A stretch of 64,000 bases of DNA from Camelus dromedarius (GCF_036321535.1 NC_087436.1:99512001-99576000), one strand, 5' to 3'; counted from the stretch's first letter, positions 37,588 through 51,660 are shown. Program-made: numbers and translations. The notes: generated by a model not told the origin, from the sequence alone.

Positions 37588-37782
37588 CCTGCACTAGGGA
37601 GTTAAGACTCTCTTTTGGATTTTTTTTTTTCCCCACATGGATTTCAGTGCAGTTCCTTCACTAAAGTATAGTGAATAGATTGTTCTTATGAAATAATGAT
37701 GTCCTCATACCCCCACACTCCCGAAGGAGATTCTATACAATCACAAAAACAAGGATTTCCAACCTACCATTATTGTTTAGAT

Positions 37783-37971
37783 TAGTACGTCTCACACTTC
37801 GCCATGCAGCAGGATCAGCTGGAGAGCTTGTTAAAACAGATTGTGTGGCTCTACCCTCGGGGTTTCTGAGTCACTAGGTCAGAGGTAGGGTTGAGGATTT
37901 GCAGGATTTCTAACAAGTTCCCAGGTGATCCTGCTGTTGCTGGTCTGGAGAACACATTTTGAGAACCACTG
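37783..37971. mobile_element. hAT-Charlie MER5A
   Basis: ctggagagcttgttaaaacagatt...ttctaacaagttcccaggtgatcctgctgttgctggtctgg...tttgagaaccactg. Confidence 0.9.
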
Positions 37972-38109
37972 GCCTAGTATATTTATATAATTTTCCTCCA
38001 AATTATTTGATTATTATTATGTGAGTTATTTGACTGGTATTTTCTTTTTGAGTTTTGTATTTTGTACCTGGTGGCTCTCGTTTACATAGAGTATTTAAGT
38101 CAGTAGAAG

Positions 38110-38250
38110 TCAGTTCAATTCAAGATGTATTTGATGAGTGCTTACTAGGTCCCAGGTCTGTATTAATACCATATTAGTATCTATAGCATATTCTCTATCT
38201 TTTTAGAAACTGTAGTCTAGCTGGAGAAATGATGTGAAGAAATATGAAAA
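38110..38250 (-). mobile_element. LINE-2 3' terminus
   Basis: cagttcaattcaagatgtatttgatgagtgcttactaggtcccagg. Confidence 0.65.
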
Positions 38251-38269
38251 AAAAAGTAATCTCAATACA

Positions 38270-38470
38270 GTATTGCTCATTGTCATATTATTTTATACAT
38301 GTTATTCTTTTTAAATCTGTACAATAATCCTTTCAACTATTGTGGTTGTAGAGTATCCCCATTATTAGATGAGGAAATCTTGGCTCAAGGAGTCTATATC
38401 TAAACAACGTCACTGTATCAACATATTTTGCAGTGGGCTAACGTAGGGTGAAACCTACACCGTGGGTTTT
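38270..38470 (-). mobile_element. MIR SINE remnant
   Basis: atccccattattagatgaggaaatcttggctca. Confidence 0.7.
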
Positions 38471-39120
38471 CCTTTCAAATCAGTGTGAAAAAGGGAACCA
38501 CATTTTGTTGGAAGAATTCTACCAATGGCCTGGGCTAGAATTTCAATCATTATTTTTTAATTTTCTAAATATTAAGTTACAACTTTTAGAACATAGGAAT
38601 ACAATACACAGATGAAAAGTGCTTTAATAAAATACTAGGTCTACTGGAAGTCTGGGAAATTTATGGGCCTCCCTTTAGAGATGTAAGGGTTGAGGAAGCA
38701 GGTAATGTCATTTAGGAAATGTACATAACTATCGGCTGCCTTTATTTCTTCGGTTCTCCAGACAGTCGCACACGTGAAGATTGGGAACACACAAATGCTT
38801 GCAGTGTCTGGTGGAAGTACCCAGCCATTCAAATGTAACATCTGATATCCTACTGTGTTCCTTTTCTCCCAAAGACAGTTATAATTAAATTAATCTTGCT
38901 GCCAAAACGAATGTAGCAAAATGGGTCAAAATCTTCATAAACCCTTAACAATCTGACAATAAATTAGCAAACTGACTAATGTCTCTGTAGTGCTCGTAAC
39001 ATCTGGGACTAAAAGAGGGAAGATGAGATGAGAGCAGCAAAACATGTTGTTCCTTAATTGCTCTGTGGACTTTTTCTATAGTGGATCATCCTCCCAATTC
39101 AATTTAAGTAAATCATCGAG

Positions 39121-39218
39121 CATATGGTTTGTACTAAATATAGAGCATCTGTGATACTCATTGCTACGCACATTTGCCACGCAGGTGTCTGATTTTGGAC
39201 TTGTCATGTGGACAGATG
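39121..39218. promoter_or_regulatory. Candidate MEF2/bHLH enhancer core
   Basis: CTAAATATAG (39134-39143) plus six CANNTG E-boxes in 98 bp of non-repeat sequence. Motif evidence only. Confidence 0.45.
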
Positions 39219-39499
39219 GGATTTTTCTGTTTGTCTTTTTTATTGGCAGTAGAGTAAGAGAGTTAACCCTAGCTATGGTTGGGACAGCTTTGCTCACATC
39301 AGCATTTCCTACACTATAGAGTAAAAGGTAGTGTATGTGTCCTCTTCCTGAGTCAAATTAAGTGATTAGAGTTATGCTAATAAAAATGTTTCAGCAGGAA
39401 TAGTTGACTTTTCAGGACTTACAATAAAATTTTAATAACATTATTTTCCTCCCTTAGAGATGCTTTAATGCATTTATTTAAATTAATTAGTAATGTAAA

Positions 39500-39740
39500 T
39501 AGATAATATACATTGCTTATTATGAACTAGACATTTCTTGGAAAAGTTACTGGTATTTTAATGTTTAATCTTATTAACACTCCCATAATGTCGGTGTAAT
39601 TCTTATCCCCATTTTAGAGATGGAAGCATTGAGGCACAAGAAACTTGGCAAAGGTAATAAAATAATTAAGAGGTGTAACTAGGATTTGAACCCAGGTGTT
39701 TTGGTTTTAGAAGCCATTCTGTTAGATATTAAACTGTTGC
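39500..39740 (-). mobile_element. MIR SINE
   Basis: ttatccccattttagagatggaagcattgaggcaca...ctaggatttgaacccagg. Confidence 0.85.
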
Positions 39741-41016
39741 TTCTCTTGTCAAAATTGGTTTATGGATTTAGACTATTTTCAAAATTCTTAATCAATGCCA
39801 CTAATTAACATCAGATTCAGAATCATTTGGTTGGTTGTTGATAAACTAATATTTATAACATCAAATAGTCTATTTTCTTTGATGGTGGTAGTCATGATAA
39901 GCAAGGATGAGTGAAGGTTAACTTTTGCAATAGGGAGCATATTGTTACCTCTGAAAATATCTCCTAATTTTGAAAGATCTTATAAGATGGAAGACAATTG
40001 ACAAAGGATGCATAACATTAGTAAATCTAGGCTTCCATTCTAGGCATCATTAACAGAGGAGAGCTATGCTTCTAGAGGAACTGCAGAGCCCCAGGGTTTG
40101 TACCAAAGATATGCCCAATACACACTTTAGAAACTACTCCTGATTGCCCTTTCTTTGTTGTAATAGATTTTATGCCATTTTGTTTATTTGAATCAGTAGA
40201 TTCTGACACCCAGCCAACCGTGAATGTGTCTCATTTGTAATTCCAAGGCATATGCCACTGATCTGGCTGCAAGGGCTTTTGGAAGGGCAAGAAACATCTG
40301 TAGGTGAAAATAAGCTTGATTTCTTCAAAGGGGAGGATTCTCCAAACATTAACAGAGGGATAAGAGGCTGTTCAGTCCATCAAAGCAAGTTGATTCCTAG
40401 CTGACCCTAACACTGAGTTTGCAGTAAGATATTCTACATCTGCGGCTGCTGGTAACATGGCACATGAGAAGACCAGAGAATTCTGTGGGCCTCAGCCATT
40501 AATCTTATCTCTAACACTACAGTGTCGTGTAGAGTTTTATGATGATTAATATAGCATTCAGCAAGTCCACAGAGGTAGTGCTACAAAAATATGACTGGCA
40601 AATAAACTGAATATTTTGCCAGAATAAGTAGTTAAATAAAAATAAAATGTTTCCCTCATCCATGGCAGAAGGGGGTTCAAATGTAATAAACCTACCATCA
40701 AGTGACAGGCCTGTGTCTCTGGATTATGGTGCCACTGTGAGAGCTCTGTATTGATCTTTGCTGTCATACAGTACATTTAGCAGATGCCAAGTCAGCTTTA
40801 TGGGAGGACAGTTCATGTACCACATGACCACATTTTTCTTGACTCCGTTGATTAAATATTGGAGCTGGAATTTTAAAAGTATATACCCACAGGGAAAATC
40901 AGGTTGTCCTCATGATCAATTGTGACTTCTTCCACAGTGTCGATCTCTTGAGCTTTTACATGGCATGAATATGCTCACACTGAGGACTACTCCTTTGGAG
41001 GTACAGCCATATAGAC

Positions 41017-41457
41017 AGTGTTGGTTTCTGAGGGCTGTTGTAACAAAGTACCATAAACTAGATGGTTTCAACAATAGAAAATTACTATTTTACATTTCTG
41101 GAGACTTGAAGTTTGAGATCAAGGTATTAGCCAGGTTGTTTCTCCTAAGAGTGTGAGGGAGGATCTGTTCCTCGTCTCTCTTCCCAGCTTCTGTTGACTT
41201 GTTGACATCCTTTGGAGTCCCATGGGTTGTAGATGCGTCACTCCATTCTCTGCCTTCTCCCTGCATGTGTGTCTGAATCTGTGTCCAAATGTCCTCCTTT
41301 TATAAAGACACCAGTCATATTGGATTAGGTCCCACCCTAATGACCTCATCTTTACATGATCATTTGCAAAGATTTTGTTTCCAAAGACAATCATGGTCAC
41401 AGGTACCTCATGTATTACTTCAGCATCTTTTGGGGGAATAAATTTCAACCCATAACA
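41017..41457 (-). mobile_element. MaLR solo LTR (MLT1C-like)
   Basis: gggctgttgtaacaaagtaccataaact...tataaagacaccagtcatattggattagg...ttcaacccataaca; near-TSD TAGAC/TAGCC. Confidence 0.9.
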
Positions 41458-42899
41458 TAGCCCTTCCTCTAACTTCTTTACTATTAATTTCCTAAAACTG
41501 CTCCTTTCATGTCTCTGACTCTCTAGCCATATATTAGCCATCGTTCAAGTAGCTATGTGTTTCCTCACCTCAAGCTGTCTAGCTTTCTAAGCAGAGAGTA
41601 TATCTTGATGTACTACCTTAAGTTCGGCTCACTGGGGACATTTATTCTCTCCACTCAGGATAAAATATCAAAATAGAATTCTACCTTACTTGGGTGAAAG
41701 CATATCATAGAGTAGCATCTGTGAGGTTTTTTTTTTTTTCTATCTTGGTCAACTAGTCCCAGGGAATTCTGTGAGACACTGTAGGATATAAGAAAGTTGG
41801 CAGAACGGGAGAAATAGACAACAGAGATTACGAGCCATCTGCTCAGGCTACTCACCTGTGTCTTCAATAACTGCTTGGGGCTGTCTCATATATAAACTCC
41901 CACTTAATAGGTAAAGGATGGTAAACTTTATGAGTTTGTGCATCAGATTAGCATTCAGTTTAGGATGGATAGCACATATCTTACGTGTTGAGATCAGGTT
42001 TCATCATCTGCCATCTGCATATTCCATTAGCAAGAACCAAAAGAAGAGAAAAATCTCAGAGAATTCTCATGTTATCCAAATGGGACTTGATACAGTCTTC
42101 ACAAGCATTCAGATGCTGCAGATAATTGTACTGTCTGGGTTTTAAAGGCTAAGTGGTAGATCTGTTTGCACTAAAGTAGGTATGAATCTTCTTTTCACTC
42201 TTTGCCCCTCTCAAAATTCAAAGGCTTTTGTTCACCTGGAAAATGGGTTGAAACAACATGCTTTATGATACAGATTCCTTTTTAAACCCAAAGACGCATT
42301 GTGCCTCATTCTTAGTGGTAGATAGAACAAAGGGCAGCAAGTTGTGCTTCTCCTGGCAGTTTATATGATAATGTTGTACCAAGATCACTGCGCTCTCAGA
42401 AACTTTACTGAAGAGCCTGGCATGTTCATGGGATTGATTTTCCATCATTTGTGTGAGTGAGTTTTAACAAAATGCCTCTCATCCCTCTATGGAAATTCTA
42501 CAGCACATGGTCTAGAGCTCAAGCAGCTATCATGTCCAAAATCGTGTCACAGAATGGTCTAGAAAATGTCTGTATTGTCACTGCTAGAGACAGACCATGC
42601 CATTTACAGAGTCAATTATCCTGAAGTCAAACAATGCCTACTTCTGCTACAGTAATTGCACCTCCATCACTTGATATGGCTCCTGATGCTTTGAACATGC
42701 TCCTGAGGATTTATGCTGCATAGTGTCTTCAAATCACTAGATATAAATCGGAGGCACGTTATTTAAGCCTTCTCAGGGCATATGCCTATACTGTGGCAGA
42801 TGTCAGAAAAGTAAATATTGGGCATAGTCTGCTTCCAGTGAAGGACAAGACTTTCAAGGCAGGATTCTCTCCATCCATAGGAAGGGGTAAAATGCTAGG

Positions 42900-44370
42900 A
42901 TGCCAAATGTCAAATACACTTCCCCAGGGTTATCAGTACCATTTAATAGCACACATTATTCACCCAGCCAAAGACCCAGTTGTGTGCCTTGATCTTTTTC
43001 TAACCTCCTTCTCCAGTATCAATCCATTATCAAGTATTGTTGGCTTTACCCCCAAAGTATATTTTTTTGATATCTCTAGTTCTCTTTATCCCTACTGATC
43101 CCCCAAGGTCAAGCCACTAACACATTCTGTCTGGATTATGGCAGTTACCTCCTAATTTATTTCCCTGTTTCCCTTCTTTTTCTTGTTAGAATTCTTATTC
43201 TTTCACAAGAGGTAAATTCATCTTCTTTTTAAGAATAATATTTAAATCATACAACTTCTCTACTTAAGAAATTAAACCAAAGCCAAACTTTTTATTAACT
43301 TTCCGTTTTTTCTAGAACTTTTCCCAACTTTAACCAAGGCCTGAAAAGCCCTTTATGATTTTAGTCCTGACTTCCTCTCCAAACTCCTTTTATATCGCTG
43401 TCTCCTCCTTCGCTTTGCCACAAGCCACACTGGTCTTCCAACTTCTGTCATTTCTTCAGATGCACCAGATTTTCATCTAGTAACCCTGCGTTTCCTCTGG
43501 CTGAGTGCTCTCCCTCCTGCGTGCACTGCTGCATAACTGGCTCTTTCTAACTTCACTCGACTCCCAGGTCAGGTGTGCTATCCTTAGAGGGGGACTCTCT
43601 GATCACTCCGTGTGAGATGTCTCCCCGCCAAAGGTAATCTCCAGGGAACCACACTTTGCAATACTTAAGCCCTGTGTTATCCCCTGTCATTGAATCTGGC
43701 TTGGTCCTGGGACTCACTTTAAGCAATGAATTGTGGCAAAAGTAACACTGTACCGGTTTTGGGGCTACACCTTAAGAAGACCTGCCAGCTTTTGTTTTTG
43801 AACTTCTGGAGGCCTGAGCCACACATAAGAAATCTGCTTTCCTTGCTAGAGAGACCTCATGGATAGATCATGTACAGGGACTATGTAGAGTAGGAAGACC
43901 CTGAGATGACATGGAAAGGGTGAGAGGTCCAGTGGCCCTGGTGGGCCAGCTAATCTCAGTCTTTAAGCTGTCTTTATCAAGGCAACAGTGTTATGAGTGA
44001 GCCATCTTGCACTGTCCCAGCCTAACGAATCTCCCAGATGACTACCACTTCAGCTGGTAACGTCCGCATGAGAACTGTGCAGTTGAAGCCCCGTCATACA
44101 GCAGAAGCATGAGATGATAACAGATTTTTTTAAAGTACTATGTTTTTTGGATTATTATTTTCTGCAAGAGTATGTGATTAAACACAATGTTTTAGTCATT
44201 TTTATTAGCATTTATCCCTAGCTTATTTATTGATTTTTCTAATTTGTCTTGTTTTTTAAGTTTACTACCTTTCTACTGACTTGATTCACTACTGTATCCC
44301 CAGTTTCTAAAAAAATGTGTTTAGCATGGAATAGACATTCAATGCATATTTGATAAGTGAATAAGTGAAT
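42900..44370 (+). mobile_element. LINE-2 3' region, interrupted by an MLT1F-like LTR
   Basis: L2 text (ctgtctggattatggcagttacctcctaa; agccacactggtcttcc) up to ~43630, resuming at ~44190 and ending in the L2 tail (ttcactactgtatccccag...gtgaataagtgaat). Confidence 0.75.
43640..44185 (+). mobile_element. MaLR LTR (MLT1F-like)
   Basis: ttgaatctggcttggtcctgggactcacttt...ccttaagaagacctgccagctt...atgagtgagccatcttg. Confidence 0.8.
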
Positions 44371-44729
44371 CTTTGTGAAGTATTAAGACTTTAGTAAATA
44401 ATATGAATTTAACTAATTATAGTTTTGTTTAATCATATTACTTTACTTTGCATAGTCTACTCTAGACATACAGAAATATTAATATCCTCTGAGTTTTGTA
44501 TGCAATTTCACACTTCTTATAATTTTTGCAAGCTATTGTTTCTGTTCAAAATGCTCCTCATCTGCATACTTTGTCTGCAGAGTAGTTTCCTCTTTAAAGA
44601 ATACCTAAGAGGCTGTCTCTGTTCTCAAGCCTGTAACATTATCAAAAAGAGTTGGAAATCTCTCTTTTTGCTCCAGACTGTGCATATTTGTCACAACACT
44701 TAGTAACTCAGAGTTTAACATTTCTTTAT

Positions 44730-45116
44730 TGCATCAGTCAATTATTACAATAGCAATGCCAATAGAAAATCACAGCCAAACTCAACAACCTGAAGGGACA
44801 ATTGTCATTCTCATTTATAGGTCTGAAGATGGACTGGACTAGGAGTCAGACAATCTCGGGTTAGCTTAAACTTGGACCCAAGCTACAGTTTATGTCTAGA
44901 TATACTTCATATGTCTTTCAGTTTTCTTGGACAAAGTGTGGACTTCTCCTTAGTGCAGCACATGAGGACACCTCAAGCTTCTGCTTTTGTCACATGTGCT
45001 AACCCCACATTGACCAAAACACACCACACAACCAAACCCAGTCAAAGGAGAATTCGTGTATGAATGTATAGATAACAGAAAGAATTTAAAGAAAGCTATT
45101 AATAAAATCTACCACA
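44730..45116 (-). mobile_element. Old MaLR LTR (MLT1I/J-like)
   Basis: tgcatcagtcaattattacaatagcaatgc...cacatgtgctaaccccacattgaccaaaac...atctaccaca. Confidence 0.65.
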
Positions 45117-47537
45117 TTTTTCTTTCATACAGAAGTCTAATCTTGTTTCAGAGAGATTTTGTTTTAGTTATATGGTAGAGTAACTGGCTCATATAGAAAC
45201 ATGCAGTAAATACTGTTTTACTGAATTAAGAGCTGTACATTGTATGGCAAAAGCTAGATATACATTGGCCTAACTGACTTTTTGCCAGGCTGCTATACAT
45301 TCCTACAAGCATGTATGCTCAGATTTAAAATTATAGGTCAGCTTCTTCATTTATGAAAATTAGACATAAATATTTTCCCAAACCTGAGTTAACTAGAATT
45401 TCACCATAAACCTCAGGAGTGGAGAATCTTAAGTGTACTCTAGGTCCTGTCTATCCTTGAAACCTCAGCTCAAAGTGAGACAATAGAGAAATTGGCTCAG
45501 AAAGCTGAGATTTGAGGTTGCTACTTCTGTGAGTATGTTCTGAGTGGATCTGGGATATTCCTGCCACTCTGTTGCCTGACGTTCCCCACCATTAATCCAT
45601 CTTTCTTTTTTACCTTCCCCTCTGTGAATTCTCTTACAACTTAAACATGAAAGGACAAGAAGGACATCATGATTCATTTTTGTGAAGGGCAAATAACGAA
45701 TATTTAAGGCCATGAATTTTAAATTAATAAATGAAAATGGATTGCACTACTAGGGGAAAAAAAAGAAAAAAGCAAAGGAAAAATTTAAGGTCCTAATGAA
45801 ATATATTTTCTAGGGAGTGAGTCTTGCTGAGTTATGCTAGAACTTATAACTCGGAGGACTTCCCCAGACAAGCTTTATGCCACAAGCCTATTATGCAAGC
45901 TATTACAAGCCTCAGCCACAATTTTCATGACATTATTATAATCAGTGATTACATATCTGACATTGGACCATCAGAAACTTGAAGAAAATGAACAACTTTC
46001 ATGCATCTTTGAGCATTCAGGACCCAGTAGTTTCCTGTGATACAAAATATAGTCAGTCTTATGAAAAATATTAGACTGACTGCCAAATGAGAAACCAGAG
46101 AGGAAAGTGGTAAATCCAACAAAGTGGAATACAAAAACATTGGAACTGTCCCTAAACAGAAAGAATTTAGGGAAAACCATGTATTGTGAATATCTTTAGT
46201 GGCAACATACCGTTAAATAGTATTGAAATTGTGGTTCATACAAGGATAGAACACAAAGAACGATGGAGTTTTGAGTTGCGTCTCCTTTTTAAAAATAGAG
46301 CTTTTTTTTTTTTCTTACAATAATGAGCTAGAGATTTATTTGATTTTCTGGTTTTATTTTTAGATCCTGTCGTGCTAAGGCCAATTATCATCTAGAACAG
46401 TTAAAACACCAAACACATTCCAATCTAATCAGAGAGAGATACACATTAAACTCCAAAATGATAAACACAAATTCAAGATGAATTGAGATGAACAAGTACA
46501 AAATCACTTTGAAAAAGACCTTGCAGTATAATAACCTATTAAACCCCTGCTTATATTTCAGAGAAGCAATTAATAAAGTCAACAGAGGATTGAGAGAGAT
46601 CTTTACAACAGTAGAATATAAATCAAATACTGTCATAATATATAATTTGATAATATTTCTTAATAAGTATCATCTTTGTATATGCAACCAGACCTTGATT
46701 TTTTAGTTTTTTTAATTTTCACTTATTTAAAGAATACTATTAAAAATGCCCTAATTGAAATAATTTTCCATAACCATAACTATTCATAATTTAATGCTCT
46801 ATACATGCACCTAAATGAAGATTAATCTTTAAAGTTGTATATGAATTGCCATTTTGTTTGTGCACCATATTATTTATGACACAGAAGGACCACGTGTGAG
46901 ATCTGTTTACTTGTTAGTTACTAAGTTAAGGAAAAGATGTATAGACACAGAAGTAGTACTTGCACAATACACACAACTTGTGTGAAAACAATGGTCTAAT
47001 ATAGGGCTGGATACATTCAAGGCGGGTGTTAGAAGCCAAAAAGATGGTAAAGCATGTACTAAAAAATTTTTGTATTGATACTTAAAAAAGGAGAATAACT
47101 GAGAAGTCAATTGTCAAAAATAAGGATGTTTCAAGCACAGCAAAGGACAGAGAGAAAAGTGCAGATTGACAAAATGGCAGCAATCTGATGCCCTTGCTGC
47201 CCTGGTCATGTCCCAAAGCATTTCCTCCATGTTTTCATCCTGCCCCATCATCATCATGACTCAGTCTCACCTCATCTCCCTTGATTTACTTTCACTGACC
47301 TCCTTCTTTCCATAGTTTCTCATAGGCTCCTCTACTACCTTTTCTGACAGATGTTATTTTTACATTTTGGCTGTCAGAAGAAGGAATCTCTGCCTACAAA
47401 GATAATAAAGGATTGAATAAATAAATAAATAAAATATGTGGCTCAGCTACTCAATGTACATTTTTGATTGCTTCATTTGTGCTTAGGCTTAAACTTTTAC
47501 ATAAATATGATCCATATGTGAAATTATTAAATAAGCA

Positions 47538-48074
47538 TTTCTTTTCCTCTTTTTTATTAAAGTATAGTTGATTTCCAATGTTGTGTTAGTTTCTTGTGTA
47601 CAGCATAGTGATTCAGTTATACATCTTTATATTATTTTTTAGATTCTTTTCCATTATAGGTAATTACAAGATATTAAATATAGTTCCCTACAGTGCTCTA
47701 CAGTAGGACCTTGTTGTTTATCTATTTTATATATAGTAGTGTGTATATACTAATCCCAAAGTCCTAATTTATGTCTCCCTCCCCCATTTCCCCTTTGGTA
47801 AGTATAAGTTTACTTTTAGGTCTGTAAGTCTGTTTCCATTTAGTAATAAATAAGTTCCTTTGTATCATTTTTTAGGTTCTACATATAAGTGAGATCATAT
47901 GATATTTGTCTTTCTCTCTCTGACTTACTTCACTTAGTATATTAATCTCTAGGTCCATCCATGTTGCTGCAAATGGCATTATTTTGTTCTTTTTTATGAC
48001 TGAGTAATAGTCCTTTGTATTTATATACACATCTTCTTTATTCAGTCATCCGTCAATGGACATTTAGGTTGCTT
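47538..48074 (-). mobile_element. Cetartiodactyl-type LINE-1 3' end (5'-truncated)
   Basis: aagtatagttgatttccaatgttgtgttagttt...ccatgttgctgcaaatggcatt...gtcaatggacatttaggttgctt; highly similar to 6031-7400. Confidence 0.93.
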
Positions 48075-48564
48075 AAGACTGAGTCCCATGCATAACCATA
48101 ATCCAATTTATTTTCATGTAGGTCAGATGTTAAATTTCAATAGAACAGTAAGTAAAATTCAGGCAGAAATACCTCCCCCACAAGAACTGCCTGTCGATCC
48201 TTCTCATTTGTAAACCATTTTTCATGTGCACAAAATTAACTCAAATAATTATGCTCCTTAACAAAGCATAAACAGAATGAATCTAACTGGCTTTTCTGTC
48301 TCTTCACAAAGTTTCATCTGAGTAGTGCCAGGGAGTATATTTTGATGACATGGACATTTTAAAATGTCTCTTGTTGATAAATTGTGTATTGAAAAAAGTT
48401 GAAGGAGTTTGAGAAAGGAAGAGACAGAGAAGGGAAAAAGGCTAAATAAAACTGTTAAGGTCAGTATATTTTTATTTTTTTCTACTTTTCTTTTTTAAGT
48501 TTTATTATATCAATTAACTTTAGGCAGAATTTATTAAACTTATTAGCTTGTTTAATGTCAAATT

Positions 48565-48660
48565 CCTTCTTCCATTTTCCTTCCTTCCTTTCCTCCTTCC
48601 TCCCTTCCTTCATCTCCCCCCCCCCCCTTCCTTCCTTCCTTCTTTCCTTCCTTCTTTCCA
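48565..48660. repeat. (CCTT)n / poly(C) polypyrimidine tract
   Basis: About 95 bp of nearly pure pyrimidine. Confidence 0.9.
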
Positions 48661-50605
48661 ACAGTTTAGTTTTTTAGAATAATTTTTTTCAGGGACAAGA
48701 AGTGTCAATAATATGGAGAAGTAAAGATAGAGGATTCTATTCAACCCTGAATTTTATGTGAGTCTAACACTCAGTATCCACAAGGCATGGCTTCCAGAAA
48801 TAGTGCAGAAAAAAGACAGTCTATAGTCCACATATAGCACTCATACCTGAGTATTTGATGCTATCTAAATATGAAGGAAAGTTCTGAGCTCATCTACAGC
48901 TCCTGTTTCCAGGATAGCACTCATTAAATGCTTATTTATTGATGAAGAAGAGAATTGGATTTAATTACTTCCACATTATAAAATAATTTTGTTCATTGAA
49001 CGAAGACATATTAAAACATATTATTATAGGTAATCCCACAGATTACAAGCCAGTATTTAAAGTAATATTTATGTTTAGATAATACTACAATCTATTTATT
49101 GAGATATATGGGAAATATAAAGGCTTACATAAGTTTTATGATTGTAATTAACAACAAATTTTGTCTTGTTTTATTGTTACCCTTAAGACACTTATTTCTA
49201 GCAGAAAGTATAGTAAAATTAAAATGTTAGTTTTAAATACTAAAAGTGATTTAAATCCAGTTTTTTTAAATGCATGGATTTACTTTCACATATTATGAAA
49301 TATATTACAGTGCTATTACAATAAGCAGATTATGTGTCTGCTAGAAAGCAAGGAAAAGGGAAGAAAAACAAAAGAATTGCAGTTTAGCTTACCCTCAGAT
49401 ATTTCTCACTAAGCACCAGCAATTCTCCTCCCCCTACCTGCCAGACCTGCACTGTCAAACCCACACAGGCTTCCTGAATAACAGGAATTGTATCACACTC
49501 TTCGAGGGATACGATTCATCCCAGTGCGCTTAGAATGGAAAATACATAAAGGACATATGGGGTGACATATGCTAAATCCTCTAGACACCCTGCACTAGCA
49601 CCATCATGGGGCCCAACTTGATTTCATGAAATACTTCACATTTATTTTTGCCAAACAGAATAATAACAAAGAAGTATATGGGGAAAAAAGGAAAAACTAA
49701 GACTTTTTTTGATCTGAAGCAAATCTTTTCAAGATTTGTTAATACTGCCAAAAACACAAAGAACAAACAACAAACACTTTTCTAATTTTGTGATAGAGTT
49801 ATGCAAAATTCCAATAGTGCAATTAACTTTATTCCACTGTTCAAGAATCATATATTTAACATACTTCTGAAATCACAGCCTCTAAGCATAAACTATGAAT
49901 TACTCCTTTTTATCTGAAAAAACATTGAAAGCATAACACGTAGGATATTGAAAGGAAGGCACTAATTGTAGAGCCCAGATGGGCAAAGTGGATGAGAATC
50001 AACTCAATTCACCCAATCATAATCTGCATTGTCTCCATTGTTTCAAGCTTTGGCTATTTAAAGGGAACAATTGTATTGCCATGGCACATAGGCTTAAAAA
50101 GAAATTTAATTCATTAACTGTAATTGTCTTCAGTATATGGAATATTTAAGGTATACAAATTGGATACTTTAGTTTTATGTTATGTATTGATTTCTCTCAT
50201 TTTTTATGAGCTAAGAATGCAAAAACAAAAAGATAGGTATTAAACAATGTATTATTAATAGATTCCCTGCTAATCACTTGATAAGAGTTATTCTACTCAC
50301 TACCTTTATGGTTACCCAAATATACTCAGTCTCAAATTATTCTATATGCAAGAAGAAAAGGAAAAGCAAGAAAGGAAAAATAAAGTGATGAGAGAAGGTG
50401 ATAATTATGTTTGTGAGGATTAGATTATAATTAAAATAACTTTAGAAACTGATATGGTGGCTTCATTGAAGAGATTTATGAATACGTGTGTTGAGAAATT
50501 ATATAGTAGCCAAAAAAAGAAAAGGAGGAAGTGGAGAACTTAGAGAATAGTTATCAGACAGATCAAAGACAGTTTAAATGCAAACAGTAAATCAAAGAGG
50601 GAAAG

Positions 50606-51008
50606 AAATGCTGACACTGTCAAGTGAATGGGTAAAGAAAAGATGGTCTATATTCAGTCTTAAAAAAGAAGGGCATTTTTCAATATGTCAGAGTATAGGT
50701 GAGCTTTGAGAACATAATATTAAGTGAAATAACTTGGTCACAGGGGGACAGATACTATATGATGCTATTTATATCTGGAACCTGAAATAGTCAGACTCCT
50801 AGAAGCAGAGTAGAATGGTGATTACCAGGGGAGAGAGGGGAAAATGAGGAGTTCCTATTCAATGGGTTTAAAGTTTCACTTATGCAAGATGAACAATGGC
50901 TAGAGGTCTGGATACAGCATTGCGCCTATGGTTAACAATACTGCGTTGTACACTTAATTTAAGAAGGTAGATCTTATGCTAGGTGTTCTTACCACAGTAA
51001 AAAAAAAA
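50606..51008 (+). mobile_element. L1MA/L1MB-type 3' end with poly(A)
   Basis: gaatgggtaaagaaaagatgg...taagtgaaataa...tagaagcagagtagaatggtg...gtgttcttaccac followed by an A10 tail. Confidence 0.88.
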
Positions 51009-51089
51009 TGAAGATTCTTAGAAATTACTCACAGGCAGAAAAGTTAACGCACAGCAGGAATTGAAAATAGAAAGATTAGTTCCATCGGG

Positions 51090-51495
51090 AAAGTAAGGGA
51101 CACAGCTCATAAACCTCACATTTGATGGAAAAAAGCAACGTATAAAGCACAATCACAGTATGGTTCCAATTATATAATACGAAGATGGCAGAATTAAACT
51201 GTAATAGTTGTGTAGGCAGTCACAGTTTGTAAACTATATGGGCAAGCTAGGAAATGTTTATTATGAACGTTAGGACAGTGGGGTGATCCCTGGGGGAGAG
51301 GGAGAGGATTGCCTTTGGAGAAGGGCACTCACAGTGGGCTTTTCAGAGTCTGGTGATTCTCTCTTGACATGAGTGATAACCACACAGGTGTCTCCTTTAT
51401 AATTATTTTTAAATGCCCAGCATGCATGTACACACATGCACACACATACACACACATATTTTCTTGTATGATGTCTCATGATTAAAAAAAAATGA
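51090..51495 (+). mobile_element. Ancient L1ME-like 3' end
   Basis: cagtatggttccaattatataa...ttaggacagtggg...ctcttgacatgagtgataac. Confidence 0.6.
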
Positions 51496-51660
51496 AAAGA
51501 TACTGCAAAGCTGATGCCAATACCTGAACAAGTTACTTCATGAATTGTGCAAATTCTTCTTTCAGTTCTTGTGAAAACTGATACTTGACACATCTAGCTT
51601 TTATCATGTGTTCAAATAACATACTCAGTTTTACCCTTTGACAGACTTAGTCTCCCAGCC

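Noticed and set aside
41119..41541. 140-aa minus-strand ORF
   Set aside because: It lies almost entirely within an MLT1C-like LTR; a chance open frame.
49341..49392. Minus-strand donor/acceptor pair as an intron
   Set aside because: Only 52 nt apart, below the usual mammalian minimum intron size.
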